DNA from: Candidatus Omnitrophota bacterium
GTDB lineage: Bacteria; Omnitrophota; 4484-213
Assembly: GCA_003645805.1 (NCBI GenBank)
Contig: QNCL01000001.1
Span: 1,582-65,581 of the forward strand
DNA: 64,000 nt
Direction: 5' to 3'
Shown here: positions 19,378-31,922 of the stretch, piece after piece
Layout: each line of letters starts with the position of its first letter
How positions within the stretch are numbered: position 1 is the first letter of the stretch
The notes under the pieces: model-generated
What the model was told of the DNA's origin: nothing
Databases searched by the model: none
What the model saw: the letters and a program-made list of their open reading frames with translations, nothing else
Translations under genes and position numbers: made by a program

Positions 19378-19803
19378 ATGAATCTAAAGCAGATTAAAGA
19401 GTTAATAGAGTTGATGAATAAAAATAAGTTAGAGGAAATAGAGTTTGCAAAAGGAGATTTGAGAATTTGTCTGAGGAAGAAAGGAAAAAAAGTAATCCAA
19501 GAAATCTCCGATAAGAAAAAGAGGGAGAAAGAAGAAAAAGAAGAATTAGAGAAAGAAAAATTGGTAGAGATAAAGTCTCCTATTGTAGGAACCTTCTATC
19601 GCGCTTCTTCTCCTGATGCAGAGCCTTTCGTAGAGGTAGGAGATGAGATAGAAAAGGAGCAAACAGTTTGTATTATTGAAGCAATGAAGGTAATGAACGA
19701 AATCAAGTCAGAAGTAAAAGGAAAGGTAGAGAAGATATTGGTAAATAATGGAGAGGCGGTAGAGTTTGATCAACCTTTATTTTTGCTCAGAGTAACTGAG
19801 TGA
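19378..19803 (+). CDS. accB: acetyl-CoA carboxylase biotin carboxyl carrier protein
   Basis: Biotinylation motif EAMKVMNEI; K/E-rich linker; directly upstream of accC. Confidence 0.85.
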   Translation: MNLKQIKELIELMNKNKLEEIEFAKGDLRICLRKKGKKVIQEISDKKKREKEEKEELEKEKLVEIKSPIVGTFYRASSPDAEPFVEVGDEIEKEQTVCIIEAMKVMNEIKSEVKGKVEKILVNNGEAVEFDQPLFLLRVTE

Positions 19804-19804
19804 A

Positions 19805-21166
19805 GTGTTTGTAGACAAAATGTTTGACAAGATTCTTATTGCCAATCGTGGAGAGATTGCTCTGAGAATAGTTCGAGCATGTAAAGAGCTGGGGATTAAG
19901 ACAGTTGTTGTTTACTCTAAAGTAGATAGAGAAAGTTTGGCTGTTCGGCTTGCTGATGAAGCAGTATGCATTGGCCCTGCTCCAAGTGGAAGTAGTTATC
20001 TGAATATCCCGGCAATAATTAGTGCCGCAGAGATTACCGATGTAGATGCTCTCCATCCAGGCTATGGTTTCTTGGCTGAGAATGCTCATTTTGCAGAGAT
20101 ATGCGAGTCCTGCCGGATCAAATTTATTGGACCTAGTGTAGATAATCTCAGGTTAATGGGAAACAAAGCCCTGGCGCGGGAAACAGTTCAGAAATTAGGA
20201 ATACCCACTATTCCGGGAAGTAAGTCCATAATCAAAGATAAACAGGAGGCTTTAGAGGTAGTAAAGAAGATCGGATATCCAGTGATCATTAAATCTGCAG
20301 GAGGGGGAGGAGGGAAAGGAATGCGCATAGCCCACAATGAGATTAGCCTTCTAAATTCCATTGATACTGCGCAGGCAGAGGCAGAAGCAAGTTTTGGTAG
20401 TCCCGATGTGTATATTGAGAAGTATATCCAGAGACCGCGTCATATAGAATTTCAGATACTTGCTGATAACTATGGCAACATCATCCATTTAGGAGAGAGA
20501 GACTGCACCATTCAGAGAAGGCATCAAAAATTGATTGAGGAAGCCCCTTCCTTGAGGGTGGATAAGGAATTGCGTGAGAAGATGGGTAGAGCAGCAGTGA
20601 AATGCGCTAAGAGTATAGGGTATAAAGGAGCAGGAACAGTAGAGTTTCTATTAGATGAGCAAGGAAATTATTATTTTATAGAGATGAACACGCGTATTCA
20701 GGTAGAGCATCCTATTACAGAGATGGTTAGCGGAATAGATTTACTGAAGGAACAAATTAGAATCGCCGCGGGAGAAAGATTGAGATATCAACAAAAGGAT
20801 ATAGAGATCAAGGGTTGGGCAATAGAGTGTAGAATTAATGCAGAAGATTGGGAAAAGGACTTCTCCCCTTCTCCGGGAAGAATCGAGAAATGGATTATTC
20901 CAGGGGGGCGGGGAGTAAGGGTGGACACAGCAGTTTATCCGGGATGTGTAATTCCTCCTTATTATGATTCGCTAATCGCTAAGTTAATTACTTACGGCAA
21001 AACGCGCGAGGAAGCTATCCTGATTATGCGCCGCGCATTAGAAGAGTTTGTTATTGATCCTATAAAAACCACTCTTCCCTTGTATAAAGAAATCTTTGCC
21101 AGTGAGGCTTTCTGGGAAGGAAAATTCCATACCCAGATTATTGAAGAACTTTTGCAGGAAAAGTAG
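19805..21166 (+). CDS. accC: acetyl-CoA carboxylase biotin carboxylase subunit
   Basis: [18 protein letters not shown]-terminus, ATP-grasp motifs; 453 aa. Confidence 0.9.
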   Translation: MFVDKMFDKILIANRGEIALRIVRACKELGIKTVVVYSKVDRESLAVRLADEAVCIGPAPSGSSYLNIPAIISAAEITDVDALHPGYGFLAENAHFAEICESCRIKFIGPSVDNLRLMGNKALARETVQKLGIPTIPGSKSIIKDKQEALEVVKKIGYPVIIKSAGGGGGKGMRIAHNEISLLNSIDTAQAEAEASFGSPDVYIEKYIQRPRHIEFQILADNYGNIIHLGERDCTIQRRHQKLIEEAPSLRVDKELREKMGRAAVKCAKSIGYKGAGTVEFLLDEQGNYYFIEMNTRIQVEHPITEMVSGIDLLKEQIRIAAGERLRYQQKDIEIKGWAIECRINAEDWEKDFSPSPGRIEKWIIPGGRGVRVDTAVYPGCVIPPYYDSLIAKLITYGKTREEAILIMRRALEEFVIDPIKTTLPLYKEIFASEAFWEGKFHTQIIEELLQEK

Positions 21167-21222
21167 GCTTTGTTCAAAACAGAGGGTTTGAAAAGGAATT
21201 TTTGATAAATCAGGAGGCGAAA

Positions 21223-22215
21223 ATGGCCAAGATATACTATGACAAAGATGCGGATCTTGCTATTCTGAAAGGGAAGAAGATAGGAATAATTGGATATGGA
21301 ATTCAAGGGCGTGCTCAGGCATTAAATCTGCGGGATAGCGGGTTAGAGGTTTTAGTAAGTAATCGCCCAGGAAGTGCTAATTACCAGAAGGCAATAGAAG
21401 ATGGCTTTCAACCTCTACCTGCAGAGGAAGTCGCTAAGAAATGCGACCTCATCCAAATTCTTACTCAAGACCACCTTCAGCCAGAGGTGTATAAAGAGTG
21501 TGTAGAGAAGCATCTTAGTGAGGGAAAAACCTTGATGTTCTCCCACGGATTTAATATCCACTTTCATCAGATCGTTCCTCCTAAGAATGTAGATGTAGTA
21601 ATGGTTGCTCCCAAGGGCCCGGGAGGATTGCTGCGCCAGATGTATCTGGAGAAGAAAGGAGTTCCTTGCTTATTAGCAGTATTTCAAGAATACACAGGAA
21701 AAGCCCTTCAGGTAGGGTTAGCCTATGCCAAAGGAATTGGAGGAACACGCGCAGGAGTAATTGAGACTACTTTTCGCGAGGAAACAGAAACAGATCTCTT
21801 TGGAGAGCAGGTAGTTCTTTGTGGAGGGGTAAGCGAACTGATAAAAGCCGCCTTCGAAACCTTGATAAATGCAGGGTATCAACCGGAGATTGCTTATTTT
21901 GAATGCTTACATGAACTTAAACTAATCACCGATATAATTTATGAGAGCGGAATTCAAGGGATGCGCAAGAGGGTGAGCGATACCGCAGAGTATGGAGATC
22001 TGACGCGCGGAAAGAGGATAATTACCGAGGAAACCAGAAAGGAGATGCGAAGGATTTTGAGCGAGATTCAAAAAGGGGAATTTGCTAAGGAGTGGATTTT
22101 GGAGAATAAAGCCGGTCGTCCTATCTTCAATGCTCTTTCCCGACGCGAAGAGAACCACCCTATCGAAATAATCGGTAAAAAACTGCGAGGGATGATGGAT
22201 TGGATCAAGAAGTAG
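21223..22215 (+). CDS. ilvC: ketol-acid reductoisomerase
   Basis: [12 protein letters not shown]...[24 protein letters not shown] at 21223 preceded by AGGAGG; the tool's 21202 start is likely a TTG extension. Confidence 0.9.
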   Translation: MAKIYYDKDADLAILKGKKIGIIGYGIQGRAQALNLRDSGLEVLVSNRPGSANYQKAIEDGFQPLPAEEVAKKCDLIQILTQDHLQPEVYKECVEKHLSEGKTLMFSHGFNIHFHQIVPPKNVDVVMVAPKGPGGLLRQMYLEKKGVPCLLAVFQEYTGKALQVGLAYAKGIGGTRAGVIETTFREETETDLFGEQVVLCGGVSELIKAAFETLINAGYQPEIAYFECLHELKLITDIIYESGIQGMRKRVSDTAEYGDLTRGKRIITEETRKEMRRILSEIQKGEFAKEWILENKAGRPIFNALSRREENHPIEIIGKKLRGMMDWIKK

Positions 22216-23586
22216 ATGATAAAAGAGTTATCCAGAAAAATGGCTAAAAATTCTGTTTTTGTCTGTCAGGGATGTGGCTACCAATCACCTAAATGGTTGG
22301 GAAGGTGTCCAGATTGTGGTCAGTGGAATACCCTTTGCGAGGAGTCACCTTTCTCTCCTCCCAGTTCCTCTCTGAGTTCTTCTTTCCCAAAAAATTGGTC
22401 AGAGATAGTCAAAGAGACTGATAAAAGCTTGCGTTTCTCTTCAGGAATGGAGGAATTTGATAGGTTATTGGGGGGAGGGATTGTAAAGGGTTCAGTAGTG
22501 CTTATAGGCGGAGAGCCGGGAATAGGAAAATCTACCTTACTTCTTCAGATTTGTAAATCCTTATCGGAGAAACAGAAGATACTTTATGTAAGTGGAGAGG
22601 AATCGATAGCGCAGATTAAACTACGCGGGGAGAGGTTAGATATTCTGAATCCTAAGGAACTATTTATAGTTGGGGAGACAAACCTGAGTATACTTCTTGA
22701 GCACATTCATAACCTCCGTCCGGAGATACTCATTATCGATTCTGTACAAACCCTTTACAAGCAAGATTTATCTTCTGCTCCCGGAAGCATCTCTCAGGTG
22801 AAAGAGTGCACTGCAGATCTCACCCTTTTGGCTAAAAAGCAGAATATCTCTATCTTTCTGATAGGACAGGTTACCAAAGAGGGTTCTCTGGCAGGTCCCC
22901 GCGTGCTGGAGCACATTGTGGATGTAGTGCTTTATTTTGAAGGAGATAAATATCATAACTATCGCCTCTTGCGAGCGGTAAAAAACAGATTCGGCTCTAC
23001 CAATGAAATTGCCCTTTTTGAGATGTCCGAGAAGGGATTGCTTCCTGTCTCCAACCCCTCTTATTTTTTTCTTGAAGAAAAGAAAGAGAGGAACCCGGGC
23101 TCGGCAGTGGTTTGCACCTCGGAAGGTACGCGCCCACTATTGGTAGAGATCCAAGCCCTGGTAGCCTCTACGCATTTTGGCCTTCCTACTCGAAAAACCA
23201 GTGGAATAGATTATAACCGCTTTCTACTCATCTTGGCTATCTTAGAGAAAAAAGTAGGCTTGCGATTAGAAATGCAGGATGTGTTTATAAATGTGGTAGG
23301 AGGGATTAAAGTGGTAGAGCCAGCGGTAGATTTAGGGATTGCTTTAGCCATTGTTTCCAGTTTTAAAGAGATATGCACCCATAAAGGGTATGTATTTATT
23401 GGAGAACTGGGATTAGGAGGAGAAGTGCGCTCTGTTTCCCAATTATCTCTGAGAGTAAAGGAGGCAGAGAGATTAGGATTTAGTTGTTGTGTAGTTCCGG
23501 CAAATAGCAATTTACCACCACAAAAGGTAAAGACCCTTAAAGTAAGGAACATAAAGGAAGCAATAGAGTGGGGTCTGGAGAGTTAG
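22216..23586 (+). CDS. radA: DNA repair protein RadA (Sms)
   Basis: N-terminal zinc finger CQGCGYQSPKWLGRCPDCGQW, Walker A GEPGIGKST, C-terminal Lon-like domain. Confidence 0.9.
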   Translation: MIKELSRKMAKNSVFVCQGCGYQSPKWLGRCPDCGQWNTLCEESPFSPPSSSLSSSFPKNWSEIVKETDKSLRFSSGMEEFDRLLGGGIVKGSVVLIGGEPGIGKSTLLLQICKSLSEKQKILYVSGEESIAQIKLRGERLDILNPKELFIVGETNLSILLEHIHNLRPEILIIDSVQTLYKQDLSSAPGSISQVKECTADLTLLAKKQNISIFLIGQVTKEGSLAGPRVLEHIVDVVLYFEGDKYHNYRLLRAVKNRFGSTNEIALFEMSEKGLLPVSNPSYFFLEEKKERNPGSAVVCTSEGTRPLLVEIQALVASTHFGLPTRKTSGIDYNRFLLILAILEKKVGLRLEMQDVFINVVGGIKVVEPAVDLGIALAIVSSFKEICTHKGYVFIGELGLGGEVRSVSQLSLRVKEAERLGFSCCVVPANSNLPPQKVKTLKVRNIKEAIEWGLES

Positions 23587-23631
23587 ATGGAGAGCAAAAA
23601 GTAGAGTTAGGTTAAACGAAAAAGTGAATAA

Positions 23632-24333
23632 ATGCGAGTGTTGGGAATAGTTCCTTCTGCAGGAAAAGGGAAGAGGATAGGAGGGGATAAACCTTACCTG
23701 TTGATCAAAGATAAGCCTGTTTTGGCGCATACCTTAATCAGTCTCGAATCTCTTCCTTTCCTGAGCAGAATTATTCTGGTAGTAGAAAAGTCAAGGATTA
23801 GATTTTGTGAACAGGAGATTATTAAGAGGTATGGTTTGAAAAAACCTTATGAGGTGATAGAAGGTGGAAAAGAGAGATTTGATTCTGTATACAGAGGACT
23901 TACAAGAATAGGAAAGGAGGAGATGGTGTTTATCCATGACGGTGTTCGTCCCCTGCTGAGCGCAGAGATAGGAGAGAAACTCCTACGGGCAGGGAGGATT
24001 TATAAAGCAGCAACCATAGGTTTCCCTTGCTCGGAGACAGTAAAGGAGATAAAGAAAGGGATGTTTGTTAAGAAGACTTTGGAGAGAAAGAGGATTTATC
24101 TAATTCAAACTCCGCAAGTTTTTCAGCGAGATTTGCTTATCCAGGCGTATAAAGAGGCAAGAAAGAGAGGAAAGAAAGCGAATGATGATGCAGAATTGGT
24201 AGAGCAAATAGGTCATCCGGTAAAGGTGATAAGAGGGGAGTATAGGAATATCAAGATTACCTATCCTGAAGATTTGATATTTGCTCAGGAGATGCTTAGC
24301 AGAAGAAGGATGGTCTTAACAGAAGAGCAATGA
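23632..24333 (+). CDS. ispD: 2-C-methyl-D-erythritol 4-phosphate cytidylyltransferase
   Basis: GIVPSAGKGKR N-terminal motif; precedes ispF. Confidence 0.85.
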   Translation: MRVLGIVPSAGKGKRIGGDKPYLLIKDKPVLAHTLISLESLPFLSRIILVVEKSRIRFCEQEIIKRYGLKKPYEVIEGGKERFDSVYRGLTRIGKEEMVFIHDGVRPLLSAEIGEKLLRAGRIYKAATIGFPCSETVKEIKKGMFVKKTLERKRIYLIQTPQVFQRDLLIQAYKEARKRGKKANDDAELVEQIGHPVKVIRGEYRNIKITYPEDLIFAQEMLSRRRMVLTEEQ

Positions 24334-24824
24334 GCATAGAAGGAAGTATACGCATCGGTTTTGGTTATGATATTCATCCTCTCCGAAGAGGAAGAAAGTT
24401 GATTTTGGCAGGAGTAGAGATTCCTTCTGAACTGGGATTAGAAGGACACTCCGATGCTGATGTGCTTGTCCATTCCATTTGTGACGCACTTTTAGGAAGC
24501 GGAGGATTGGCAGACATTGGAGAGCATTTTCCTAATAGCGATGAAAGGTTAAAAGGGGTTAGTAGTCTATCTCTACTGAAGAAAGTAAGGGAGATGATAG
24601 AAAAGGAAGGTTGGAGCATAGAGAATATAGATAGCAGTATAATCACCGAAAAACCCAATCTTTCTCCTTTTAAGGAAAGGATGCGAGAGAATATCGCGCG
24701 AGTTCTCCGACTCTCTTTATCCTGTGTAAACATCAAAGCAGGTAGCAATGAAGGTCTGGGAGCAATTGGAAAAGGAGAAGGAATCTGCGCTTATGCAGTA
24801 GTTTTGATAAGAAGAAAAAGATGA
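24330..24824 (+). CDS. ispF: 2-C-methyl-D-erythritol 2,4-cyclodiphosphate synthase
   Basis: [12 protein letters not shown]...[19 protein letters not shown] motifs. Confidence 0.9.
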   Translation: MSIEGSIRIGFGYDIHPLRRGRKLILAGVEIPSELGLEGHSDADVLVHSICDALLGSGGLADIGEHFPNSDERLKGVSSLSLLKKVREMIEKEGWSIENIDSSIITEKPNLSPFKERMRENIARVLRLSLSCVNIKAGSNEGLGAIGKGEGICAYAVVLIRRKR

Positions 24825-25555
24825 TTATCTCTATTATCCTCTCTTATCTATTTGTTGCTTTTTTCTTATTGGTGGTTGTTGCTTTTCTTCTCATCAATCT
24901 CTTTTTCAAAGAGGATATTGAAGTGGTCTTTGAACGCGACCCTGCAGCCCGTTCGCGCCTTGAGGTTATTCTTACTTATCCAGGACTACATGCTATCGTT
25001 CTATATCGTCTTGCTCACTATCTTTACAGAAAGAATGTTCCTCTCTTGCCTCGCTTTATCTCTCACTTAAGCCGATTCCTTACCGGGATAGAGATTCATC
25101 CCGCGGCTCGGATTGGAAAAAGGTTTTTTATTGACCATGGAATGGGAATAGTTATTGGGGAGACAACCGTAATCGGAGACAATGTTAGTTTGTATCAAGG
25201 AGTGACCTTGGGAGGCACAGGAAAAGAGAAAGGGAAAAGGCATCCTACAATTGGCAACAATGTGGTTGTCTCGGCAGGAGCAAAGATCTTGGGCAACATT
25301 ACTATCGGTGACAATGTCAATATAGGGGCAAATGCTGTAGTAATAAGATCTGTTCCTTCTAACTGCACTGTGGTAGGGGTTCCTGGAAGAATGGCTAAGA
25401 AAGAAGGGAAGCGAATACCCGGAATAAACTTAGACCACACCAATCTTCCTGATCCATTAACAGAAAGATTGGAAAGATTGCAGCGAGAGATTGATCTGGT
25501 AGAGAAACATTTAGAGGAGTGGAAGGAGAAGGAAAAGGAGAAAAAGGGAGGTTAA
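24821..25555 (+). CDS. cysE: serine O-acetyltransferase
   Basis: ERDPAARS..., hexapeptide repeats (GDNV.., [13 protein letters not shown]); an N-terminal TM-like segment is present. Confidence 0.85.
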   Translation: MIISIILSYLFVAFFLLVVVAFLLINLFFKEDIEVVFERDPAARSRLEVILTYPGLHAIVLYRLAHYLYRKNVPLLPRFISHLSRFLTGIEIHPAARIGKRFFIDHGMGIVIGETTVIGDNVSLYQGVTLGGTGKEKGKRHPTIGNNVVVSAGAKILGNITIGDNVNIGANAVVIRSVPSNCTVVGVPGRMAKKEGKRIPGINLDHTNLPDPLTERLERLQREIDLVEKHLEEWKEKEKEKKGG

Positions 25556-25621
25556 AAGCAAAAAGGCTTCAAACGAAGGGAATTTCACCCCTTTTTGAGC
25601 CTCTGTTTATACCTTTGGTTT

Positions 25622-27025
25622 ATGCTTTATCTCTATAACACTTTTTCTCGGCAAAAGGAGAGATTTGTGCCTCTTAAACAGGGAGAGGTAAGGATATACA
25701 CCTGTGGTCCCACAGTCTATGACTATGCCCATATAGGAAATTTTCGCGCCTATATCTTTGCCGACCTTCTCAGGCGTTATCTTAAATACAAAGGATATAA
25801 AGTCTTTCAGGTAATGAATATCACCGATGTAGATGATAAAACAATTAAAGGAGCGAGGGAAAAGAAAGTTGACCTGAAGGTGTTTACTCAGAGATATATT
25901 CAGGCGTTCTTTGAGGACATAAAGACCTTGAATATTGAGAAAGTAGAGGTATATCCCCGAGCGACCGAGCATATCAAAGAGATGGTGGAATTGATAAAGG
26001 TGCTGTTAGAGAAAGGGTTTGCCTATAAGAAAGGAGATTCAATATACTTTAGAATCTGCAAATTCAACAGATATGGCAAACTTTCCCGTATGCCTATAAC
26101 TACTACCAGGAGAGAGATAAGAGAAGAAGATAGAGATGAGTATGCCAAAGAGAATCCTTGCGATTTTGTGCTGTGGAAAGCGAAAAAAGAAGCAGAGCCT
26201 TTCTGGAAGACAGAGATAGGAGAAGGGAGGCCAGGGTGGCATATTGAGTGCTCGGCAATGGCAATGAAGTACTTAGGAGAGAGTTTTGATATCCATACGG
26301 GTGGAGAGGATAACATTTTTCCTCACCATGAGAACGAAATTGCCCAAAGTGAGTGTGCCACCGGAAAGAGGTTTGTTCGCTATTGGTTGCACTGTAAATT
26401 TTTATTGGTAAATAATGAAAAAATGGCAAAGTCTAAAGGAAACTTTTATACCTTACGGGATCTCTTAAATAAAGGTTACAACCCTCTGGCAATAAGATTT
26501 CTCCTTTTATCTGTCCACTATCGACATACCTTAAACTTCACCGAAAATGCTCTAAGGCAAGCAGAGGAGACATTGAAAAGGCTAAACGACTTCTGTTTTA
26601 ATATCGGGGATTATAAAGCCCGCCTCTGCCCATCCTTTAGAAAAGATAGTTTTCTGCAGAGGATAAAGAGAGCAAAAGAAGAGTTTGAGCAGGCAATGGA
26701 TGATGACTTGAATATTTCTTCCGCCTTATCTGCTCTGTTTACTCTCATCAGGGAGGTGAATACCTTAATGAGCAAAGGAGAGATAGGAAGAGAGGAGGTG
26801 GAAGAAGTAGAGGGATGGCTGAGAAAGGTTAATCAGATCTTGGGGGTGCTGAGATTTGAGCAAGCAGAGATTGGTAAAGAGGAGAGAGAGTTGATCAAAC
26901 AAAGAGAAGAAGCGCGAAAAAGAAGAGATTTTGTTTTAGCAGATAGAATAAGAGAAGAACTAAAGAAAAGAGGGATTATTGTAGAGGATACAAGAGAAGG
27001 GGAGCGTTGGAAGAAAAACTCTTGA
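25622..27025 (+). CDS. cysS: cysteinyl-tRNA synthetase
   Basis: HIGN class-I motif (YDYAHIGNFR) and KMAKSKGN (KMSKS). ATG at 25622 (MLYLYNTFSRQKE) is chosen as the start; the tool's 25595 is an upstream extension. Confidence 0.9.
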   Translation: MLYLYNTFSRQKERFVPLKQGEVRIYTCGPTVYDYAHIGNFRAYIFADLLRRYLKYKGYKVFQVMNITDVDDKTIKGAREKKVDLKVFTQRYIQAFFEDIKTLNIEKVEVYPRATEHIKEMVELIKVLLEKGFAYKKGDSIYFRICKFNRYGKLSRMPITTTRREIREEDRDEYAKENPCDFVLWKAKKEAEPFWKTEIGEGRPGWHIECSAMAMKYLGESFDIHTGGEDNIFPHHENEIAQSECATGKRFVRYWLHCKFLLVNNEKMAKSKGNFYTLRDLLNKGYNPLAIRFLLLSVHYRHTLNFTENALRQAEETLKRLNDFCFNIGDYKARLCPSFRKDSFLQRIKRAKEEFEQAMDDDLNISSALSALFTLIREVNTLMSKGEIGREEVEEVEGWLRKVNQILGVLRFEQAEIGKEERELIKQREEARKRRDFVLADRIREELKKRGIIVEDTREGERWKKNS

Positions 27026-27049
27026 CAAAGAGAAAAAGGTGTGTATAAT
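27022..27049 (+). promoter_or_regulatory. sigma70-type promoter for tRNA-Met (TTGACA, 16-nt spacer, TATAAT)
   Basis: Perfect -35 TTGACA at 27022-27027 and perfect -10 TATAAT at 27044-27049, 13 nt upstream of the tRNA 5' end. Confidence 0.6.
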
Positions 27050-27062
27050 AGTATATTGCTGA

Positions 27063-27137
27063 TGCGGGGTGGAGCAGTGGTAGCTCGTTAGGCCCATAAC
27101 CTAAAGGTCAGAGGTTCGAATCCTCTCCCCGCTACCA
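27063..27137 (+). tRNA. tRNA-Met (anticodon CAT); possibly initiator (1:72 U·U mismatch) or tRNA-Ile2
   Basis: Acceptor TGCGGGG/CCCCGCT. D-arm GAGC-AGTGGTA-GCTC. Anticodon stem TTAGG/CCTAA with loop CCCATAA. T-arm AGAGG-TTCGAAT-CCTCT. A73, CCA. Confidence 0.75.
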
Positions 27138-27174
27138 AAAGTAGATAATCCTTCCAATTCTCCCGCCTGATAAA

Positions 27175-30100
27175 GTGCTTCACGCACATTTTGCTCATCT
27201 GCACATTCATAGTCAATATAGCCTCCTTGATGGTATGTGTAAGCTCCCAGACTTAATCAAAAGGAGTATAGAGTTAAGATTTCCTGCTCTGGCTATCACT
27301 GATCATGGAAATATGTTTGGGGCTATTGAATTCTATCAGGAGGCAATGAAGCAAGGGATAAAGCCAATTATTGGCTATGAAGCATATCTTGCTCCTGAGA
27401 GCAGATTTAGCAGAGACCCTGAGGAAGAGAAGAGGGGACGGGCGCACCTTACTTTGCTGGTAAAGAATATGCAGGGATATAAGAACTTGGTTAAATTAGC
27501 CACCTCTGCCTATCTGGAAGGTTTTTATTACAAACCGCGTATAGACAAAGAGATCTTAAGCCAGTACTCTGAGGGTTTAATCGCCTTAAGTGGTTGCTTG
27601 AAAGGAGAGGTTGCTCGCTATATCTTGGAAAACAAAGTAGATAAAGCAAAGAAGGTAATCGGGGAGTATCAGGATATATTTGGTAAGGATAATTTCTATT
27701 TAGAGATTCAGGATCAGTTTCTTCCCGAACAGAAAAAGGTAAACAAAGCACTTGTTAAGATAAGCAAAGAACTGGATATAGAACTGGTGGCTACCAATGA
27801 TGTGCATTACTTACACAAAGCAGATAGTTATAGCCATGAAATTCTCCTCTGTATTCAGACACAAACTACCTTAAACGACCCTAAGCGGATGCGTTTTTCC
27901 ACCAATGAGTTTTATCTAAAGAGTGAAGAGGAGATGAAATACCTCTTCTCTGAGATTCCTGAAGCCTTAACCAATACCCTTAAGATTGTAAACAGATGCA
28001 ATTTAGAATTTGATTTTACCAAGAGATATATGCCTACCTTTCCCCTTCCCGAGGGAAAAACAGATAAGGAGTATCTTCGCGAACTCTGTGAGCAGAGGTT
28101 AAAAGAGAGGTTTAAAGAGGTAGATGAGAGGGTTATTCAAAGGATGGAGAAGGAACTTAAAGTAATCAATGAATGTGGATATGCATCTTATCTACTCATT
28201 GTGCAAGATTTTATCAACTTTGCCAAAAGAAATAATATTGCGGTTGGCCCGGGAAGAGGATCAGTAGCAGGGAGCCTGGTTGCTTATATCTTGGGCATCA
28301 CAGATATCAATCCTTTAAAGTACAACCTTCTCTTTGAGAGATTTTTGAATTATGAGCGAATATCAATGCCCGATATTGACATTGACTTCTGCTATCAACG
28401 GCGCGATGAGGTAATTGATTATGTTACCCGGAAGTATGGAAAAGAGAATGTTTCTCAGATAATCACCTTTGGTACAATGGCTGCGCATGGAGTAATTCGT
28501 GATGTGGGAAGAGTGTTAGGGATGCCTTATGCAGAAGTGGACAGAATTGCCAAGTTGGTGCCTTTGAGTTTGAATATTACTATTGAGGAAGCGCTTTATC
28601 AGGAACCGCGCCTGAAAGAACTTTACGAGCAAGACAAGAATGTGAGACATCTAATAGATGTCTCCAAGGGCTTGGAGGGATTGGTGCGTCATGCTTCTAC
28701 CCATGCTGCTGGGATTGTGATCTCCAGAGAGCAGTTAAGCAATATCGTTCCTTTGTTCAAAAGCCCGGATGGAAAAATAGCCACGCAGTATTCTATGCTT
28801 TCCTTGGAGAAGGTAGGGTTGCTCAAGATGGATTTCTTAGGTCTACGCACCTTGACGGTGATCAGTAAGACTATAGAAAACATAAAGAAATTTCTGCACA
28901 AAGAGATAGAGATTGAGAAGATTCCTTTTGAGGACAAAAAGACTTACCAGCTCCTTTCGCGAGCAAAGTCTATTGGGGTGTTTCAGTTGGAGAGTGAAGG
29001 GATGCGTGATCTGCTCAGGAGAATTGAACCGCAGAATTTTGAGGATATCATTGCCATCCTTGCTCTACATCGCCCAGGTCCGTTGGGAAGCGGAATGATT
29101 GATGAGTTTATAAAAAGAAAACATAATCCCCGCCTGATTAAATATGACCATCCTCAATTGGAATCTATCTTAAAAGAAACCTACGGGATTATTCTTTATC
29201 AGGAGCAGATAATGCAGATTGTGCATAAACTGGCAGGATTTAGTTTAACCCAAGCAGATTTGCTCAGAAGAGCAATAAGTAAGAAGATTCCCGAGGTTAT
29301 CGAGCAACAAAAAGAGGCTTTTATTAAAGGGTGTGAGAAGAATGGGGTTAGAAGGAATATAGCCGAGAAAGTCTTTAATCTCATTGAATACTTTGCGGGA
29401 TATGGCTTTAATAAAAGCCATAGCACCGCTTATGCCTTTATCTCCTATCGCACCGCCTATTTGAAGGCAAACTATCCAGTGCAATTTATGGCCGCTTTAC
29501 TTACCAGTGAAGAAGAAAATACAGATAAGGTGGCTGAGTATGTGGGAGAGTGCAGAAAGATGAGGATAAAAGTTTTACCTCCCGACATTCAGCACTCCTT
29601 TGCAGAATTTACCGTAGAGAAAGGAGGAATAAGATATGGATTGTTAGCCATAAAGAATGTAGGAAGAGGAGCGATTGAGTCCATCGTCAAAGCCAGAGAG
29701 AAAGGAAAGTTTAAGTCTTTAGAGGATTTCTGTCAGCGTGTAGACTTGAGACTGGTGAACAAAAAGGTAATTGAAAGTTTGATAAAGTGTGGAGCACTCG
29801 ATTGCTTTTCCCTTCCTCGTGCCCAGTTAATCGTGAATTTAGAAAGCGCTCTGCAAAGAGCAAGTTGTCTACAAAAAGACAGAGCAAAAGGGCAATTATC
29901 CTTCTTTGATCAACTTTCCCCCTCTTCTGGGCAAACTAACAAGAAGCAGAAGGAGAGGGTGGAGATAAGGGAGTGGCCGCATAATCAACTATTAGCGTTT
30001 GAGAAAGAACTTTTGGGCTTCTACTTCTCTGGACATCCTTTGGCAAGATATGAGCAGATGCTAAAGCGTTATTCTATCTCTCTAACTCAGTTAAATAGAT

Positions 30101-30642
30101 ATACTGAGAATGAAGCGATTCTGTTAGGAGGAATTATCTCCAAGATTAAGCAAATCAATACCAAACGAGGAGAAAAGATGGCTTTTATTAGTCTGGAAAC
30201 CTCAGAAGGAGAAGTAGAGGTAATCCTTTTTCCTAAGATATTTAATAAAGCCCTTGGCTATGTCAAGATAGACAATCCTGTCTTTGTATATGGAAGGATA
30301 ACGGTAAAGGACAATGAGCATAAGGTAATTGCAGAGGAGATAACCCCCCTTCATCAGGTCTATCAGAAATATACCTCAGCCCTCTCTTTGAGGTTGGAGG
30401 CAGATGCAGATAGTTTTCTTCTTGAGCAGGTTAAGCAGATTCTTTCTGCTCATCGAGGGAATGTACCTGTCTACCTGACCTTTCTCTCTCCCAAAGGGAG
30501 ATGGACGATCAATTCCTCTTTGACTATCCAACCTAAAGAGGAACTCTTTTTGGAACTTGAGCAACTCTTGGGAGAAGAGAGAGTAAGGGTGGAAACAAAA
30601 TTGGGAGTAAAAAATGCAAAAGGGATTAAGAGAAGTGGATAA
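27175..30642 (+). CDS. dnaE: DNA polymerase III alpha subunit
   Basis: PHP-domain N-terminus [15 protein letters not shown], 1155 aa, polymerase core and OB-fold regions. Confidence 0.9.
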   Translation: MLHAHFAHLHIHSQYSLLDGMCKLPDLIKRSIELRFPALAITDHGNMFGAIEFYQEAMKQGIKPIIGYEAYLAPESRFSRDPEEEKRGRAHLTLLVKNMQGYKNLVKLATSAYLEGFYYKPRIDKEILSQYSEGLIALSGCLKGEVARYILENKVDKAKKVIGEYQDIFGKDNFYLEIQDQFLPEQKKVNKALVKISKELDIELVATNDVHYLHKADSYSHEILLCIQTQTTLNDPKRMRFSTNEFYLKSEEEMKYLFSEIPEALTNTLKIVNRCNLEFDFTKRYMPTFPLPEGKTDKEYLRELCEQRLKERFKEVDERVIQRMEKELKVINECGYASYLLIVQDFINFAKRNNIAVGPGRGSVAGSLVAYILGITDINPLKYNLLFERFLNYERISMPDIDIDFCYQRRDEVIDYVTRKYGKENVSQIITFGTMAAHGVIRDVGRVLGMPYAEVDRIAKLVPLSLNITIEEALYQEPRLKELYEQDKNVRHLIDVSKGLEGLVRHASTHAAGIVISREQLSNIVPLFKSPDGKIATQYSMLSLEKVGLLKMDFLGLRTLTVISKTIENIKKFLHKEIEIEKIPFEDKKTYQLLSRAKSIGVFQLESEGMRDLLRRIEPQNFEDIIAILALHRPGPLGSGMIDEFIKRKHNPRLIKYDHPQLESILKETYGIILYQEQIMQIVHKLAGFSLTQADLLRRAISKKIPEVIEQQKEAFIKGCEKNGVRRNIAEKVFNLIEYFAGYGFNKSHSTAYAFISYRTAYLKANYPVQFMAALLTSEEENTDKVAEYVGECRKMRIKVLPPDIQHSFAEFTVEKGGIRYGLLAIKNVGRGAIESIVKAREKGKFKSLEDFCQRVDLRLVNKKVIESLIKCGALDCFSLPRAQLIVNLESALQRASCLQKDRAKGQLSFFDQLSPSSGQTNKKQKERVEIREWPHNQLLAFEKELLGFYFSGHPLARYEQMLKRYSISLTQLNRYTENEAILLGGIISKIKQINTKRGEKMAFISLETSEGEVEVILFPKIFNKALGYVKIDNPVFVYGRITVKDNEHKVIAEEITPLHQVYQKYTSALSLRLEADADSFLLEQVKQILSAHRGNVPVYLTFLSPKGRWTINSSLTIQPKEELFLELEQLLGEERVRVETKLGVKNAKGIKRSG

Positions 30643-31873
30643 GGAGATCTTTGAGGCAATTGAGGAGGAGAAAAAAAGACAGGAGAGGAATATAGAGTTG
30701 ATTGCCTCAGAGAACTTTGTAAGTCGGGCGGTATTGGAAGCCCAAGGTTCGGTGCTCACAAATAAATACGCTGAGGGCTATCCGGGAAGAAGATGGTATG
30801 GAGGGTGTCAATTTGTAGATGTGGCTGAGGCTTTAGCCATTGAGCGAGCAAAAATTTTGTTTAACGCAGAGTATGTAAATGTTCAACCTCATTCAGGGGC
30901 ACAAGCAAATATGGCTGTCTATTTTGCGATTCTGAATCCGGGAGATAAACTCTTGGCGATGAGTTTAGCCCATGGAGGTCATCTTACCCATGGCCATAGC
31001 CTTAACTACTCCGGTAAATACTTCCAGATTATTCCCTATGGAGTGAGCAAGGAAAATGAGAGGATTGATTATGAAGAGTTAGAGAAGTTGGCGATAAAGA
31101 ACAAGCCCAAAATGATTTTAGTGGGAGCCTCTGCCTATCCCCGCATAATTGACTTTAAAAGGGTAAGACAAATTGCGGATAAGGTGGGCGCTTTTATGAT
31201 GGCTGATGTAGCCCATATTGCGGGATTGATAGTAGCAGGAATTCACCCCAATCCTGTGCCTTATGCAGATTTTGTTACTACCACTACCCACAAGACCCTG
31301 CGAGGCCCGCGCGGAGGAATGATTTTGGCACGCAAGGAGTTTGCTAAGAAAATTGACAGTGCAGTGTTTCCCGGAATTCAAGGAGGGCCTTTGATGCATA
31401 TCATTGCTGCCAAAGCGGTTGCTTTTAAAGAGGCTTTGAGTGAGGAGTTCAAGGAATATCAAAAGCAGATTGTAAAGAATGCACAAACTCTGGCTGAAGA
31501 ATTGAAAGAACGGGGTTATCGTATTGTTTCCGGAGGGACAGATAATCATCTCTTATTAGTGGATGTATTCACCAGTCGAGGGATAACCGGAAAAGAGGCA
31601 ACCGAAGCCCTGGATAAAGCAAGGATTACTGTAAACAAAAACCTGATTCCTTTTGACCGCCAGAGTGCATTTTTAGCCAGCGGAATTCGCATAGGCACGC
31701 CCGCAGTAACTACAAGAGGAATGAAAGAAAGAGAGATGCGCGAGATTGCTCGCTTGATAGACTGCGTGCTCAGCAATATCAAGGATGAACAAGTAATCCT
31801 TCGCACAAGAAAAAAGGTGGAGGAGTTGATAGAGGATTTTCCCTTGTATAAACAGAGAAATATGGTAAAATAA
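30614..31873 (+). CDS. glyA: serine hydroxymethyltransferase
   Basis: [30 protein letters not shown]... and PLP-lysine region [14 protein letters not shown]. Confidence 0.9.
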   Translation: MQKGLREVDKEIFEAIEEEKKRQERNIELIASENFVSRAVLEAQGSVLTNKYAEGYPGRRWYGGCQFVDVAEALAIERAKILFNAEYVNVQPHSGAQANMAVYFAILNPGDKLLAMSLAHGGHLTHGHSLNYSGKYFQIIPYGVSKENERIDYEELEKLAIKNKPKMILVGASAYPRIIDFKRVRQIADKVGAFMMADVAHIAGLIVAGIHPNPVPYADFVTTTTHKTLRGPRGGMILARKEFAKKIDSAVFPGIQGGPLMHIIAAKAVAFKEALSEEFKEYQKQIVKNAQTLAEELKERGYRIVSGGTDNHLLLVDVFTSRGITGKEATEALDKARITVNKNLIPFDRQSAFLASGIRIGTPAVTTRGMKEREMREIARLIDCVLSNIKDEQVILRTRKKVEELIEDFPLYKQRNMVK

Positions 31874-31922
31874 TATGTCCGTTTAATTAGAAACTTTTCC
31901 TTTTGTTTTTATTTAAAGGGTT

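Noticed and set aside
25556-25621. Possible T-box or terminator element between cysE and cysS
   Set aside because: Only 66 nt. It contains at best a weak 4-5 bp hairpin (AAGGG...CCCTT + T-run), which is too short for a T-box leader.
31118-31549. 143-aa - strand ORF inside glyA
   Set aside because: Antisense to a highly conserved gene with no motifs; spurious.
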